This document shows, piece after piece, positions 48,420 through 58,081 of a stretch of DNA of 64,000 nucleotides (its first letter is position 1; each line of letters opens with the position of its first letter). A model generated the notes under the pieces. It did no database searches. It had not been told where the DNA came from and worked only from the letters and a program-made list of their open reading frames with translations. Source of the stretch: Nitrosopumilus sp. (GTDB lineage: Archaea; Thermoproteota; Nitrososphaeria; Nitrososphaerales; Nitrosopumilaceae); assembly GCA_965218695.1 (NCBI GenBank), contig OZ244651.1:1760001-1824000 (forward strand), written 5' to 3'. Made by a program: the position numbers and the translations under genes.

Positions 48420-49463
48420 ATGAAGAATGCCTTGCCATCGTTTGTACTTTCCGCATTCCTACTATCGTCTGCATTCTTGCTGGTCCCGTCCGCCGCTTAC
48501 GCCCAAACGGAACAGATTCCGCCTTGGGTAAAGACCGTCTTTGGGTTGTACGTCCAAGGCGAGATATCCGAATCAGATCTACTGGCAGCCATAGAATACC
48601 TGATCCAGATTGGCCTGATAGCAGTCTCCACGCCAGACGCTTCAAACGCGGTCCCGGATGAAAAAATTCCTGACGACGGGGATTTTTACATCACGTACGG
48701 CCCCAACCCCAATTCTAGGTACGAGGGAGCCGACACTGCCGAGGCATGGCTGCAAGACCTGGAAATTATCGAATACGAGGTCGAATTCCTCAACGAACAT
48801 TTCCGCCTGCCGTACGACGTGGAGGTGGCCGCCGAAGAATGCGGGGAGATAAACGCGTTTTACTATCCAGACGATGCGAAAATAGTCATATGCTACGAAT
48901 TTGTAGACGATCTGTTCGAGACGTGGTATCTGTTCAACGAGGACGGTCAACCAGACGATGCCATTTCCTACGCGTACGACGTGCTCGTGTACACGTTTTA
49001 CCACGAGCTGGCACACGCCATGATAGACGTTTACGATCTGCCGATTACCGGACTGGAGGAGAATGTGGCGGATCAGTTTGCCTCACTCATATTGTCATAT
49101 ACATATGATGACGAGGTGGGTTATTCGCTTGGCCAAGACATGCTGTACAATGTGGGGACGTACTACCTTTACGAGGATGAATATTGGAACGTGCTGTGCC
49201 CCGAGATGGCAGAAACGCCGGAAGAAGCCGAATGGTGCGCCCATTCATACTGGGGCGTACATGGGTCGGACATCCAAAGGTTTTACAACATTTCATGCTA
49301 TACCTACGGGTCAGATCCAGCATACAACGAGGATTTGATTGAGGACGGGTGGCTGCCGGAGGAACGTGCAGCAAACTGTGAATTTGAGTACTGGCAAATC
49401 GATTCCAGCTGGAGCCGTTTGCTGGAAGGATTCACCGACGGGTTCTTCGACGAAACAACCTGA
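48420..49463 (+). CDS. Secreted DUF4344-like zinc metallopeptidase with a thaumarchaeal IPxWVK domain
   Basis: Signal peptide; IPPWVK...GEISESDLLAAIEYLI; CGEINAFY, HELAH, EENVADQFA. Confidence 0.82.
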   Translation: MKNALPSFVLSAFLLSSAFLLVPSAAYAQTEQIPPWVKTVFGLYVQGEISESDLLAAIEYLIQIGLIAVSTPDASNAVPDEKIPDDGDFYITYGPNPNSRYEGADTAEAWLQDLEIIEYEVEFLNEHFRLPYDVEVAAEECGEINAFYYPDDAKIVICYEFVDDLFETWYLFNEDGQPDDAISYAYDVLVYTFYHELAHAMIDVYDLPITGLEENVADQFASLILSYTYDDEVGYSLGQDMLYNVGTYYLYEDEYWNVLCPEMAETPEEAEWCAHSYWGVHGSDIQRFYNISCYTYGSDPAYNEDLIEDGWLPEERAANCEFEYWQIDSSWSRLLEGFTDGFFDETT

Positions 49464-49549
49464 CGTGGTGGATTTATGCCAACGTTTTGTTCCGGCATTC
49501 ACGCCGACTGCGGGCGCGGGCATCAGAGTGCGTGTTGCCCGAGGGGACG

Positions 49550-51157
49550 CTAGTCGTTCCCGTGTCTCGGATCGTGGCCCTCGGACAGGTCGCCGTCGTA
49601 CTCCTTGTTCCTGGCCTCGTACTCTGCCAGCGGGTCGCCCTTTACGTCCGGGCGCTTGGACAGCCTGCGCACCATGTCCTCCAAGACGCTTATCTTCTTG
49701 TTCTGCCTGGCAGTCACCTCCTCGATGTTGGCCCGGTGGATTTCCTCCATCTGGAGCAGGAGCGCCTTCAGGGCGTCCGTCTCGCTTGCCACCGCCCCGT
49801 CCTTCTTCGTGGCCTTGGGCCTCTTGAGGACGTTTCCCATTCCGAACATCTTGAGGCGCAGATTCTCCAAGTCCTCCACCTTCTTTTCCAGCCGCGCCAT
49901 CTTGGCGTCTTTTTCCGGCTGGGCCTCGGCGGCGCTGGCTGCCACATCCAGCAGTTCCTTGGCCCGGGCCATCTGCTTTCGCAGTTCGGCCTCGTGGACC
50001 TCCTTCTCCGACTCGAGGTTCCGTATGTTCTCGGACATGCGTCGGGTGGACTGCTTGAGCCTGGTCGCGTCGCTTACCGTCAGGTCCGGCACGACTGCCA
50101 GGTACTCCTGCGCAAGCTCCAGCACGGAGGTCTTGAAATAGTTCTGGTCAAGCGAGATCATCCCCTTGTGTCCCATCATGAACTCCTTTTTTATCAGCGA
50201 GGCAAGCGGCGAATCGGACGAGAGCGCCTCCTTGCACGTCTTGTTGTAGAACCGCCTGAACCCGTTGGTGAGTGGGACGTTGTGCCTCCTGGACTTGCCC
50301 GTATTGGGAGGACGCAGCTTGGCGTGCGTCACTATCCTGTCCAGCCGCTTTTTGACTGACTGCATCGAGGCCCTCTTGGGGATGCCCCTAATGGCAAGGA
50401 ATATCGGATCCTTCGGGCCTGGCTGTCGTCCCATGTGGTCTGCCCACGTGAGTCCGTACACCTTGAGGGATTCGTACGCCTCCGGGGTTATGAAGGCCAT
50501 GTAGTTTGCCGCCGAGCCCCGGTACACCTGCAGCATGGCGCACGCGACTTCGCAGGCCTCTGCCCCGGGATCCAACACGAGATTGCCGTTGACGCGGTAT
50601 ATCGGCACCAAGTCTTCCCAGTTCAGGTCTATCCCGCCTATGCGCGCGCCCGAGCTTGACAGCACCAGCACCAGCGCCTGTTCCATGGGATCGCGCGCGT
50701 GTTTGAGCATCATGCTTATTTCTTCCCTTGACCACCCACGCGATTCCTGGATGTTGTCAAGTTCCGGGTACGTCGCGTAGAGCCGCTTCCACGGCATCAC
50801 GATATCGTTCATGTCGAATAGTTTCTTGATCGGCTTGAAGTAGTTGCCAAACGTGGTCGGGTTGAGGTAGTCCGGATCGTCCTTGGGCAGGGTGGTCCTC
50901 TCCCGCAGCTTCCTAGACAGGTTAAGCAGCAGGTCGCGCGTCCACTCCTGGTCCTCCCTGCCGTGTTTTACCAGCTGCGCCACGCGCTCCTCGAAGTCGC
51001 CTTCGAGTATCTCCTCAAAGTACTGGCACAGTATCTGGCGCAGCGTCCGGGTGTACTTTTCCTGGGTGTACTTTGCCTTTATGCCCTGCATGAACAGCTC
51101 CAGCGGCGCCGCGTCCCCGCTCCTGACGATCTCGTCTTTTGTCAATCTCACACACAT
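49550..51157 (-). CDS. Tyrosine recombinase/integrase with a C-terminal coiled coil
   Basis: SSGARIG (R), NGFRRF, MMGH, QNYF (Y); starts 34 bp after the tRNA att. Confidence 0.88.
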   Translation of the reverse strand: MCVRLTKDEIVRSGDAAPLELFMQGIKAKYTQEKYTRTLRQILCQYFEEILEGDFEERVAQLVKHGREDQEWTRDLLLNLSRKLRERTTLPKDDPDYLNPTTFGNYFKPIKKLFDMNDIVMPWKRLYATYPELDNIQESRGWSREEISMMLKHARDPMEQALVLVLSSSGARIGGIDLNWEDLVPIYRVNGNLVLDPGAEACEVACAMLQVYRGSAANYMAFITPEAYESLKVYGLTWADHMGRQPGPKDPIFLAIRGIPKRASMQSVKKRLDRIVTHAKLRPPNTGKSRRHNVPLTNGFRRFYNKTCKEALSSDSPLASLIKKEFMMGHKGMISLDQNYFKTSVLELAQEYLAVVPDLTVSDATRLKQSTRRMSENIRNLESEKEVHEAELRKQMARAKELLDVAASAAEAQPEKDAKMARLEKKVEDLENLRLKMFGMGNVLKRPKATKKDGAVASETDALKALLLQMEEIHRANIEEVTARQNKKISVLEDMVRRLSKRPDVKGDPLAEYEARNKEYDGDLSEGHDPRHGND

Positions 51158-51195
51158 GAATACGTGTGGAACCTATAAAAGTTCTTTAAAGGTAG

Positions 51196-51269
51196 CGGGT
51201 CTAGAGGGATTCGAACCCTCGACACCAGGATTAAGAGTCCTGCGCGCTACCTGGCTGCGCCATAGACCC
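51196..51269 (-). tRNA. tRNA-Lys (anticodon CTT); integration target
   Basis: GGGTCTA/TAGACCC acceptor stem, CAGGA-CTCTTAA-TCCTG anticodon arm, GTTCGAATC T-loop, no encoded CCA. Confidence 0.95.
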
Positions 51270-51426
51270 ACCAAAATGGATGTGGCTGGTCTTGTTATTA
51301 ATCTTGAGATTGTGCCATCCGGCATGTCCGGCCTCAATGGATATGGTCACGAAGCAGTCAGTAACATGCATGGAATGGTACACGACGAAAACGGACAGTG
51401 ATAGTTAAGGAACTTGGATGTGTAAT

Positions 51427-52029
51427 TTAGTTTTGTGCTGTTGCTTCTATCTCGTTGTACTTTTCAATGATTGCCGTAAGTGCAGTTGATACCGGAACGT
51501 CGTTCATCTTTTTCTTTTCTGCAAGAAGCTTCTGGTATGCATCAAGTGTAATGTATACCGGAATTGAACCGTTCCCCTCAAGCAGGCCCCTCACGTTATA
51601 CAGTGCAGTCTCCATTCCCCTTTCGGCAGACTTTGCAAACTTTGCCTTGTCCATTATGGCTCCTAGCGGACCAAATGGCATCTCATAGTCTGCACTCATT
51701 GTCACCCGGGTAAGGTTGCCGCCCAGTGCCTGAAACTCGTTGGTGATCTGCCACCTTTTGAACGGGCCTTCAATCTGCTTTGCAGATATCCTTTCATTCC
51801 GGATAAACTCAGTCGTCTCGCAGTCCCATTCCAGACGCTTTCCGCCAAAGTCGCCGATAATCCTAAACGTTGTGCCCACACCCATGCCTTCCTTGATATC
51901 CATTGGAACGACGGTCATGCCCACGGCATCAGTCTTGATTTGATCGGATACATGTTCTGGTCTTGCAAAGTATGTAAAGACGTTCTCTATAGGCGTCTTT
52001 ATGTCAATTGATTTGGTGACGAGAGTCAA
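51427..52029 (-). CDS. SRPBCC/START-like (cyclase/CoxG) family protein
   Basis: SIDIKTPIENVFTY, GVGTTF, QIEGPFKRW, YEMPFGPLG. Confidence 0.8.
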   Translation of the reverse strand: MTLVTKSIDIKTPIENVFTYFARPEHVSDQIKTDAVGMTVVPMDIKEGMGVGTTFRIIGDFGGKRLEWDCETTEFIRNERISAKQIEGPFKRWQITNEFQALGGNLTRVTMSADYEMPFGPLGAIMDKAKFAKSAERGMETALYNVRGLLEGNGSIPVYITLDAYQKLLAEKKKMNDVPVSTALTAIIEKYNEIEATAQN

Positions 52030-52291
52030 CGAGTCTGTTTCTAGTCAATTAGAATTTAAAGGTTTTGAGAATTTTTTTGTGCCCGGCGATATTCTAAAAA
52101 ATGAATTACAGTCGTGATAGAACCCATCATGCACACGGCCAGATCGCAAGATGCCATCCGGTAGTATCGGGCGTACCAGGCATGATCGGCATCGCTCTTT
52201 CCCCGCAGGACGATATCGAACGGCACACATGCGCAGCATCCATGCCATCAATGGACTTGCAATATATTCATCCTCGTTCCATGACATACAG

Positions 52292-52813
52292 ATGATCCGG
52301 AAGCTGCTCGTGCTGATCGTTTTTGGCCTACTGCTTGTGCTGGCCTTGGCTCCAAGCGACGCATACTCGCATTCCATGTTCAACTCGGCCGAAAAGTTCA
52401 GTGCAGGCTACAGGGTGCAGGTGGCCACGGCGCCTGAGTTCCCGCAGATAGACGAGCCGTCCCAGTTCAGGGTAAGGGTCACTGATGCAGACTTTGAGGA
52501 GGTCGACAGTTTTGTCATGGGGATCCGAGTATTCTTCCATGACAAGCAGGTCGATGCCATCCCCCCCACGGCCATTGAGGCAGGGCACTGGGACTTTGAC
52601 TACACCTGGAGAAACCCGGGGAACCACATTGTAAAAATCGACCTCTACGGCGTGAGTGAGAACTCGGACGTCGTAACATACACGTTCAACATGGGAACCC
52701 AGAGTCCGTTTGGCTACATCTTCATACTTGCCATAACCGTCGGAGCCATGTGTTTTGGAGGGATCATGACATACATCTATCTGCCATGGATCATCAAGAA
52801 GATCAGGCAATAG
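52292..52813 (+). CDS. Exported membrane-anchored hypothetical protein (mature N-terminal His, possible copper handling)
   Basis: Signal peptide ending AYS-H, beta-rich middle, C-terminal TM helix. Confidence 0.65.
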   Translation: MIRKLLVLIVFGLLLVLALAPSDAYSHSMFNSAEKFSAGYRVQVATAPEFPQIDEPSQFRVRVTDADFEEVDSFVMGIRVFFHDKQVDAIPPTAIEAGHWDFDYTWRNPGNHIVKIDLYGVSENSDVVTYTFNMGTQSPFGYIFILAITVGAMCFGGIMTYIYLPWIIKKIRQ

Positions 52814-52957
52814 GCAGGAGGCACACGGATGCCACAATCAACAGGCATCCAGGCATGTTCATGCCTTCCGGCCTGCACGAACTTTGGCCTCTAGGCGCGC
52901 CCCTTGTATCTGCAGGGTTCGTGCCATCAAGGCATGGCATGTCCTGGCCAGACTCAG

Positions 52958-54544
52958 TCAGTCAGACGGTCGCTCGGTTCCCGCGTAAAAGTTGTCAAAA
53001 TGAGCCTCCACATTCCAGCCAGCTACCCAATAGTCATACACCCCCAGCCTCACAGTCACCATATCATGTCCTGACACGGCCTCTGTGACGTCATAGTTGA
53101 ATGTCTGCCATCCGCCCTCCAGCGTCCCGCCCCGGCCAAGCCAGCTTCCCCACAGCAGGTTTCCATCCTTGTCCAGTATCTGCATGTTGGCATTTACCAC
53201 AAGGGGCACCGTGTTGCCGCCTCCTGCCGTGTAGTCGACTCCCACGAACAGGTCGTCGTCTCCCAACAGATCCAGCCGGATGTCTCTTTGTATCCCCGCG
53301 TATGATGCAAAGCCGTCCCCGCTTATCCGGGCAGAGGGTGCTGGGCTGCCTGCATTCGGGTCTATGCTAAACCTGTACCGTTCAAACGCGGCGCGGGTGG
53401 GTTCAGACGACGGGACGTGTTCGGCCACCTCTCCAAACTCTTCCCATTCTTGCCCATCCTCAAACCCATCCGTTATAGTCGCAAACGTTGAGGTCACCGT
53501 AACATGCTGCACCTTGACTGAGACGTTGTTGGCAACGTCCCTTGCATACCACGTAATTACCGTCGTTCCAACCGGAAACCGGTTCTCATCCTGCACCACA
53601 AACGGCCCGGCTACATCCCCCCTAGAATCAAACGCAAGCGCATATCCCACCAGGTACGGGTCGGGATCCTGCGAATCCTTTGCCGTGATGTCACCCAGCA
53701 TCTGCATGCTTACCTGTATGGAAAGGCCGTCGGCCTCAAACGTCCGATCCTCGACGCCCTGGATCACCGGCGCCATTATGTCCGTCTTGTCATCTAGCAT
53801 GAACCGCAGGACGTTTTCAAACAGCCTGGTGTCGGGCCCATGCCACCCAATTATCATATGCGTGCCTGCACCGACTACCATCCCACCGTTCCAGTCGGGG
53901 TTGTCGTTGATTATGATTGCCGGCACGTCTTGAACCGTGTGGTACCCGGTCGGTTTGTATGACTGGCCCGACACCGTGGACAATACCGTTATGTGATCCC
54001 TGTCCACTATCTCCTCCACGTATGCATCGCAGCACCAGTCAGAAAACTCCGACACCTTGTTGGGGACGTTCCATATTGGGTGTTCCTCCTGCCCGGGTGC
54101 CGGATATATCGTGCTGTACTGCACAGAACCGCCGAACTTGAACCCAAAGGCGTCCCTTGTAAAGTCCTGATGGCACGGCGCATCAGACGAGCCTGAGGTG
54201 CATCTCTGGTAGGGCGTGTTCACGAGTAACAGCAGCCGGCCTCCTTCGTACACGTACTCTTCAAGCGCCTTCTTGACACCCTCATCTCTTGAGAGTCCTG
54301 TCCTCCACGCCAGCACTACCTTGGCATCCTTCATCTCGTCTGCATCTGCCGAGCCGCTGCTTGTCTTCACCACATACCCCCTTGACTCCAGCAGTGCCAG
54401 ATGTTTGGCGCCTATAGCGTCCGTTCTGTCCTCATCATACCCGTACATCAGCACATCAACCGGTCTTTCTGCCTCTGCCTCCAGCGTCAGGGTCGCGCAT
54501 GCTGCCACGGCCAGAACCGCAAGGAGGATAACCTTGAAACCCAC
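52958..54544 (-). CDS. Secreted multidomain protein with a HYR/Ig-like domain
   Basis: Signal peptide; DIMAPVI...FPVGTTVITWYARDVANN...VTVT. Confidence 0.7.
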   Translation of the reverse strand: MGFKVILLAVLAVAACATLTLEAEAERPVDVLMYGYDEDRTDAIGAKHLALLESRGYVVKTSSGSADADEMKDAKVVLAWRTGLSRDEGVKKALEEYVYEGGRLLLLVNTPYQRCTSGSSDAPCHQDFTRDAFGFKFGGSVQYSTIYPAPGQEEHPIWNVPNKVSEFSDWCCDAYVEEIVDRDHITVLSTVSGQSYKPTGYHTVQDVPAIIINDNPDWNGGMVVGAGTHMIIGWHGPDTRLFENVLRFMLDDKTDIMAPVIQGVEDRTFEADGLSIQVSMQMLGDITAKDSQDPDPYLVGYALAFDSRGDVAGPFVVQDENRFPVGTTVITWYARDVANNVSVKVQHVTVTSTFATITDGFEDGQEWEEFGEVAEHVPSSEPTRAAFERYRFSIDPNAGSPAPSARISGDGFASYAGIQRDIRLDLLGDDDLFVGVDYTAGGGNTVPLVVNANMQILDKDGNLLWGSWLGRGGTLEGGWQTFNYDVTEAVSGHDMVTVRLGVYDYWVAGWNVEAHFDNFYAGTERPSD

Positions 54545-54718
54545 GCACTAGTACACTGTTTTGGGTATAAATCTCCGATCTTGCGTCCCCATCTGCCACG
54601 CAAGCATGTCATCAAGACGCCAGAGTTCTCATCCAGCCCGGGTCTGCTGCCGTCGCCGTGCGATTCTTCTTGTGCGGCACCGCTCAACACACATCATTTG
54701 GTTGGGGCACGAGCGGAT

Positions 54719-55162
54719 TCAAGCCTTAGAGACTATCTGTTCGCGCGATATCCTGAACGCAAACAGCGTGGTCAACAGCACCATTGCAAACAGCAGTATC
54801 CCTATCCCCAAGTGGATGGAGACAAGGACTGCGTGCAGCTTTAGATCGATTACCAGCGCGCCAAGCGTGATCTGCGTGATTACAAACACCGTGGCAAGCG
54901 TGCTTGTCACCTTGATCTTGGAGTCTGCCTGCCGGTTCAGAAAGCTTGCAACCATCGTTGCGATTACCAGCGCGCCGGTGGTAGCAGCTGCCAGCCTGTG
55001 AATCCACTCGATCAGGTACTCCTCGGACGGCATGATGCCGTTGGGGCACAGCGGCCACTCAGGACACGTGAGGCCGAGACCGGCAGCAGATATGTACCCG
55101 CCCAGAAACATCAGCGAGTACAGTACCACCATTGTTGCGAGGGCAAGGTACTGGATTGCCAA
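54719..55162 (-). CDS. ctaA: Heme A synthase (short COX15/CtaA type)
   Basis: AGLGLTCPEWPLC, IEWIHR, QITLGA, IHL. Confidence 0.88.
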   Translation of the reverse strand: MAIQYLALATMVVLYSLMFLGGYISAAGLGLTCPEWPLCPNGIMPSEEYLIEWIHRLAAATTGALVIATMVASFLNRQADSKIKVTSTLATVFVITQITLGALVIDLKLHAVLVSIHLGIGILLFAMVLLTTLFAFRISREQIVSKA

Positions 55163-55164
55163 GA

Positions 55165-55740
55165 CTACTCTTCTACGATAAACGTGCCCTGCATTCCCTG
55201 CAGGACGTGTCCTGGAACTGTACAGATATAGTCATAAACTCCCGGCGCTCCTGCCAGAAACGTCACGCTGCCCTCCTCTCCGGGCCTCAGGGAGGCTATT
55301 GCAGAGCCGATTCCAGACTCCCATATCACGCTGTTAAAGTCGTTGGGATCGCTTACCACCCCGAATGCATGGAACGACCTGCCCATGTTGGAGACCATTA
55401 CGGTCACCTCGTCGCCGGATTTCACTACAATGTCAGGGTTGTGCCCCTCCTCGCCTGGCAGCGCGTTGAAGGCCAGATCCCTAAAGTCGTCAGACTCTAC
55501 AAAGTTCAGGACAAACTCGTGCTTGACGCCTGTCGGGGGTGCGCCCCCGCCTGTATCGACCCTCTCCTGTTCTTGCTGCGCTGCCATTATCTCGACGATC
55601 GGTGCGGGTTCTGATATCCAGTAGTCCCACATGGAAAAGAAGATCAGGCCGCCTGCCACGCATATGCCCACCATGATCGCCATCATCTTGGCTGTCCTGG
55701 CAGGCGTTGTCCGGTAGTAGGTTTGTGGATCGTGTTTCAT
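55165..55740 (-). CDS. Membrane-anchored cupredoxin (blue copper protein) of the oxidase operon
   Basis: N-terminal TM; HAF...YICTVPGHVLQGM type-1 Cu ligands. Confidence 0.88.
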   Translation of the reverse strand: MKHDPQTYYRTTPARTAKMMAIMVGICVAGGLIFFSMWDYWISEPAPIVEIMAAQQEQERVDTGGGAPPTGVKHEFVLNFVESDDFRDLAFNALPGEEGHNPDIVVKSGDEVTVMVSNMGRSFHAFGVVSDPNDFNSVIWESGIGSAIASLRPGEEGSVTFLAGAPGVYDYICTVPGHVLQGMQGTFIVEE

Positions 55741-55754
55741 CTTACATATCTCTC

Positions 55755-57281
55755 CTAATGCGCCGGCGTCTTTGCCTCAAACGGATAATAGTACTTTCCG
55801 CCCACGCCAAACGGATCCTCTGTGTTTGCAATCTCTCCCTTGGCCGAGCTGTAAATCATGTTAATCAGGAACAGTACCATGCTGGCACCTATTATCATTG
55901 CACCCACTGACGCTATCTGGTTCATGGCGATCCACTCGGGGATTGGCGGGTAGTCAAAGACCCTCCTTGGCATGCCGTACAGTCCCAGCACGTGCTGCGT
56001 GAAGAAGACCATGACGGTCCCTATCATGGACATGATAAAGTGGATCTTGCCCAGGGACTCGTTGTAGAGACGTCCTGTGACATATGGGAACATGTAGTAC
56101 AGGTATGCAATGGAGCCAAAGGCGATCGTTCCCATCACAAACAGGTGGAAGTGTCCCACCACCCAGTAGGTGTCGTGCGTGGTAAAGTCAAGCGGCATGG
56201 CGCTGTTTACCACTCCGCCTGCACCGGCTGAGAAGAACAGGGCGATCCCTCCCACCGACCACATCATTGGGGTTGCAAACTTTATTCGGCCGTTCCACAT
56301 GGTGGCAATAAAGTTGAAGACGTGCATGGCAGATGCAGGAACCGCTGCAAGCGTTCCGACCATGAATACGGTCTTTTCCGTAAAGGACATTCCCGTGGCG
56401 TACATGTGGTGCGCCCACGAGGAGAAGCTCACTATCGACAGCAACACGAACGCAAAGATGCCAGAGTTGTAGCTGTAGATCGGTCTCCTTGAGAACCGGG
56501 GGATGATCTCGTACATCATGCCTATGGCAGGTATGACCAGCACGTACACCTCCGGATGGAAGGTAAACCAGAACAGGTGCGCATACGCGATCGGGTCGCC
56601 TCCTAGTGCGGGATTGAAGAATCCGCTGACCCCCAGGCGGTCTGTAAGCAGCATGAGGAGGGCTGCTGCAAACGTGGGGATGGCCACGAGTATGATTAGT
56701 GAGGATGTCAGGAATGACCATGCCAGGAGCGGAACCTGCCCTATGGACATGTCAGGATGCTTGCATTTGAGGATGGTCACCACAAAGTTGATGGCGCCAA
56801 GCACCGAGGAGACGCCCAGAATCTTGAGCCCGAATATCCACATGTCAGCAGCCGGACCGGGCGAGCTGATGATGGAGTACGGGGGGGTCGCATACCACGT
56901 AAAGTCGGCAAACCCGAGCCAGATTAAGGCTCCTGCGGGAGGAATCATCCAGAACGCAATTGCGTTGAGCTTTGGATATGCCATGTCCTTGTACCGGACC
57001 ATTATTGGTACAAAGTAGTTGCCCACCGCAGCGGCAAACGGTATGATGAAGAGGAATATGAGCGTCGTACCGTGAACGGTGAATATTCGGTTGAATGTCA
57101 TGGAGTCGGTAATGATCTGTGAGCCTGGAAGGAACAGTTCGACCCTGATCGCCAAGGCAAGCGCGCCTCCCAGAAACAGGAATGCCAGGGACGTTATCAG
57201 GTAGAGAAGGCCGACATCGGTGTGGTGGGTGGAGAACATTACCTGCCAGATCGGCCGTGGGCGTTGCAGTTCTAGAGTCAT
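55755..57281 (-). CDS. coxA: Heme-copper oxidase subunit I
   Basis: FTVHG, WFTFHPEVY, WAHH, HDTYWVVGHFH, GMPRR. Confidence 0.95.
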   Translation of the reverse strand: MTLELQRPRPIWQVMFSTHHTDVGLLYLITSLAFLFLGGALALAIRVELFLPGSQIITDSMTFNRIFTVHGTTLIFLFIIPFAAAVGNYFVPIMVRYKDMAYPKLNAIAFWMIPPAGALIWLGFADFTWYATPPYSIISSPGPAADMWIFGLKILGVSSVLGAINFVVTILKCKHPDMSIGQVPLLAWSFLTSSLIILVAIPTFAAALLMLLTDRLGVSGFFNPALGGDPIAYAHLFWFTFHPEVYVLVIPAIGMMYEIIPRFSRRPIYSYNSGIFAFVLLSIVSFSSWAHHMYATGMSFTEKTVFMVGTLAAVPASAMHVFNFIATMWNGRIKFATPMMWSVGGIALFFSAGAGGVVNSAMPLDFTTHDTYWVVGHFHLFVMGTIAFGSIAYLYYMFPYVTGRLYNESLGKIHFIMSMIGTVMVFFTQHVLGLYGMPRRVFDYPPIPEWIAMNQIASVGAMIIGASMVLFLINMIYSSAKGEIANTEDPFGVGGKYYYPFEAKTPAH

Positions 57282-57330
57282 CAGTTAATCCCTCCGCAAT
57301 CAGCATCTGCGGATAGTGATAAAAGCGTTA

Positions 57331-57762
57331 TCAAGTCGATGCCTCCTCTACATACAGCGTTCCGCGCATGTTGTAGTGGATCAGTCCGCAGTACTCCCTG
57401 CACTGGATGTCATGCTCTCCAGGTGCGTCGGGTGCAAACCATACGGTGTTGACCCTGCCCGGCACCGCATCGATCAGAACCACATAGTCGTGAATGTTAA
57501 AGGAGTGGATGACGTCGGTGGCCGATACCTCAAACTTGTAGGCCTTGCCTGCCTCCACATGGAGCTCGCCTATCTCGACTGTGCCGTCCATGTGCTCAAA
57601 GGTCCAGACCCACTGCTGCCCGGTCACCTTGATTATCTCGGCGTCCTCCGGGACATGCTCGACCAACCTCTCGACATTCCAGGCCTCTGCCCCGACCCAT
57701 GTCATAAGTGCAACTACAATGCCGACGTATATCCATTCAGGCCAGTTGGAGTGCGATCCCAA
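57331..57762 (-). CDS. coxB: Heme-copper oxidase subunit II, CuA domain (TTG start inferred)
   Basis: GQQWVW, DVIHSF, DAVPGR, CREYCGLIHYNM. Confidence 0.92.
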   Translation of the reverse strand: MGSHSNWPEWIYVGIVVALMTWVGAEAWNVERLVEHVPEDAEIIKVTGQQWVWTFEHMDGTVEIGELHVEAGKAYKFEVSATDVIHSFNIHDYVVLIDAVPGRVNTVWFAPDAPGEHDIQCREYCGLIHYNMRGTLYVEEAST

Positions 57763-57764
57763 TC

Positions 57765-58025
57765 CTACCAGTCCGTCCCTTCGTATGGAGTCGGCTTTGC
57801 CTTGGGGTGCGACTCCCTGAACCGCCAGATCTGCCATATTATGGTGCCAGATACCACTGCACCCACAGTAAATGCCACAGTCATCATCCTAAAGAACAGG
57901 TTCCAGATGAGCACCCTGCGATCTACATATTCGCCAGGCTCATCACCTGCTGCAAATGCAGCCTCCAGAGCTGGAACAGCCATCATAATTGCAAATACCA
58001 AGAACAGACCAATCATACCATTCAT
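57765..58025 (-). CDS. Small membrane protein corresponding to the N-terminal TM part of a split subunit II
   Basis: Signal plus TM helix ending IWRFRES; first gene of the cox operon. Confidence 0.75.
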   Translation of the reverse strand: MNGMIGLFLVFAIMMAVPALEAAFAAGDEPGEYVDRRVLIWNLFFRMMTVAFTVGAVVSGTIIWQIWRFRESHPKAKPTPYEGTDW

Positions 58026-58081
58026 TAGCGATTGACAGTCGTCTTATGTAAATTCTATTTAAGGGTTTACAAGGTTCGGCC

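Noticed and set aside
57331-58025. Split cytochrome oxidase subunit II as a novelty
   Set aside because: As far as I recall this is the normal arrangement in thaumarchaeal cox operons
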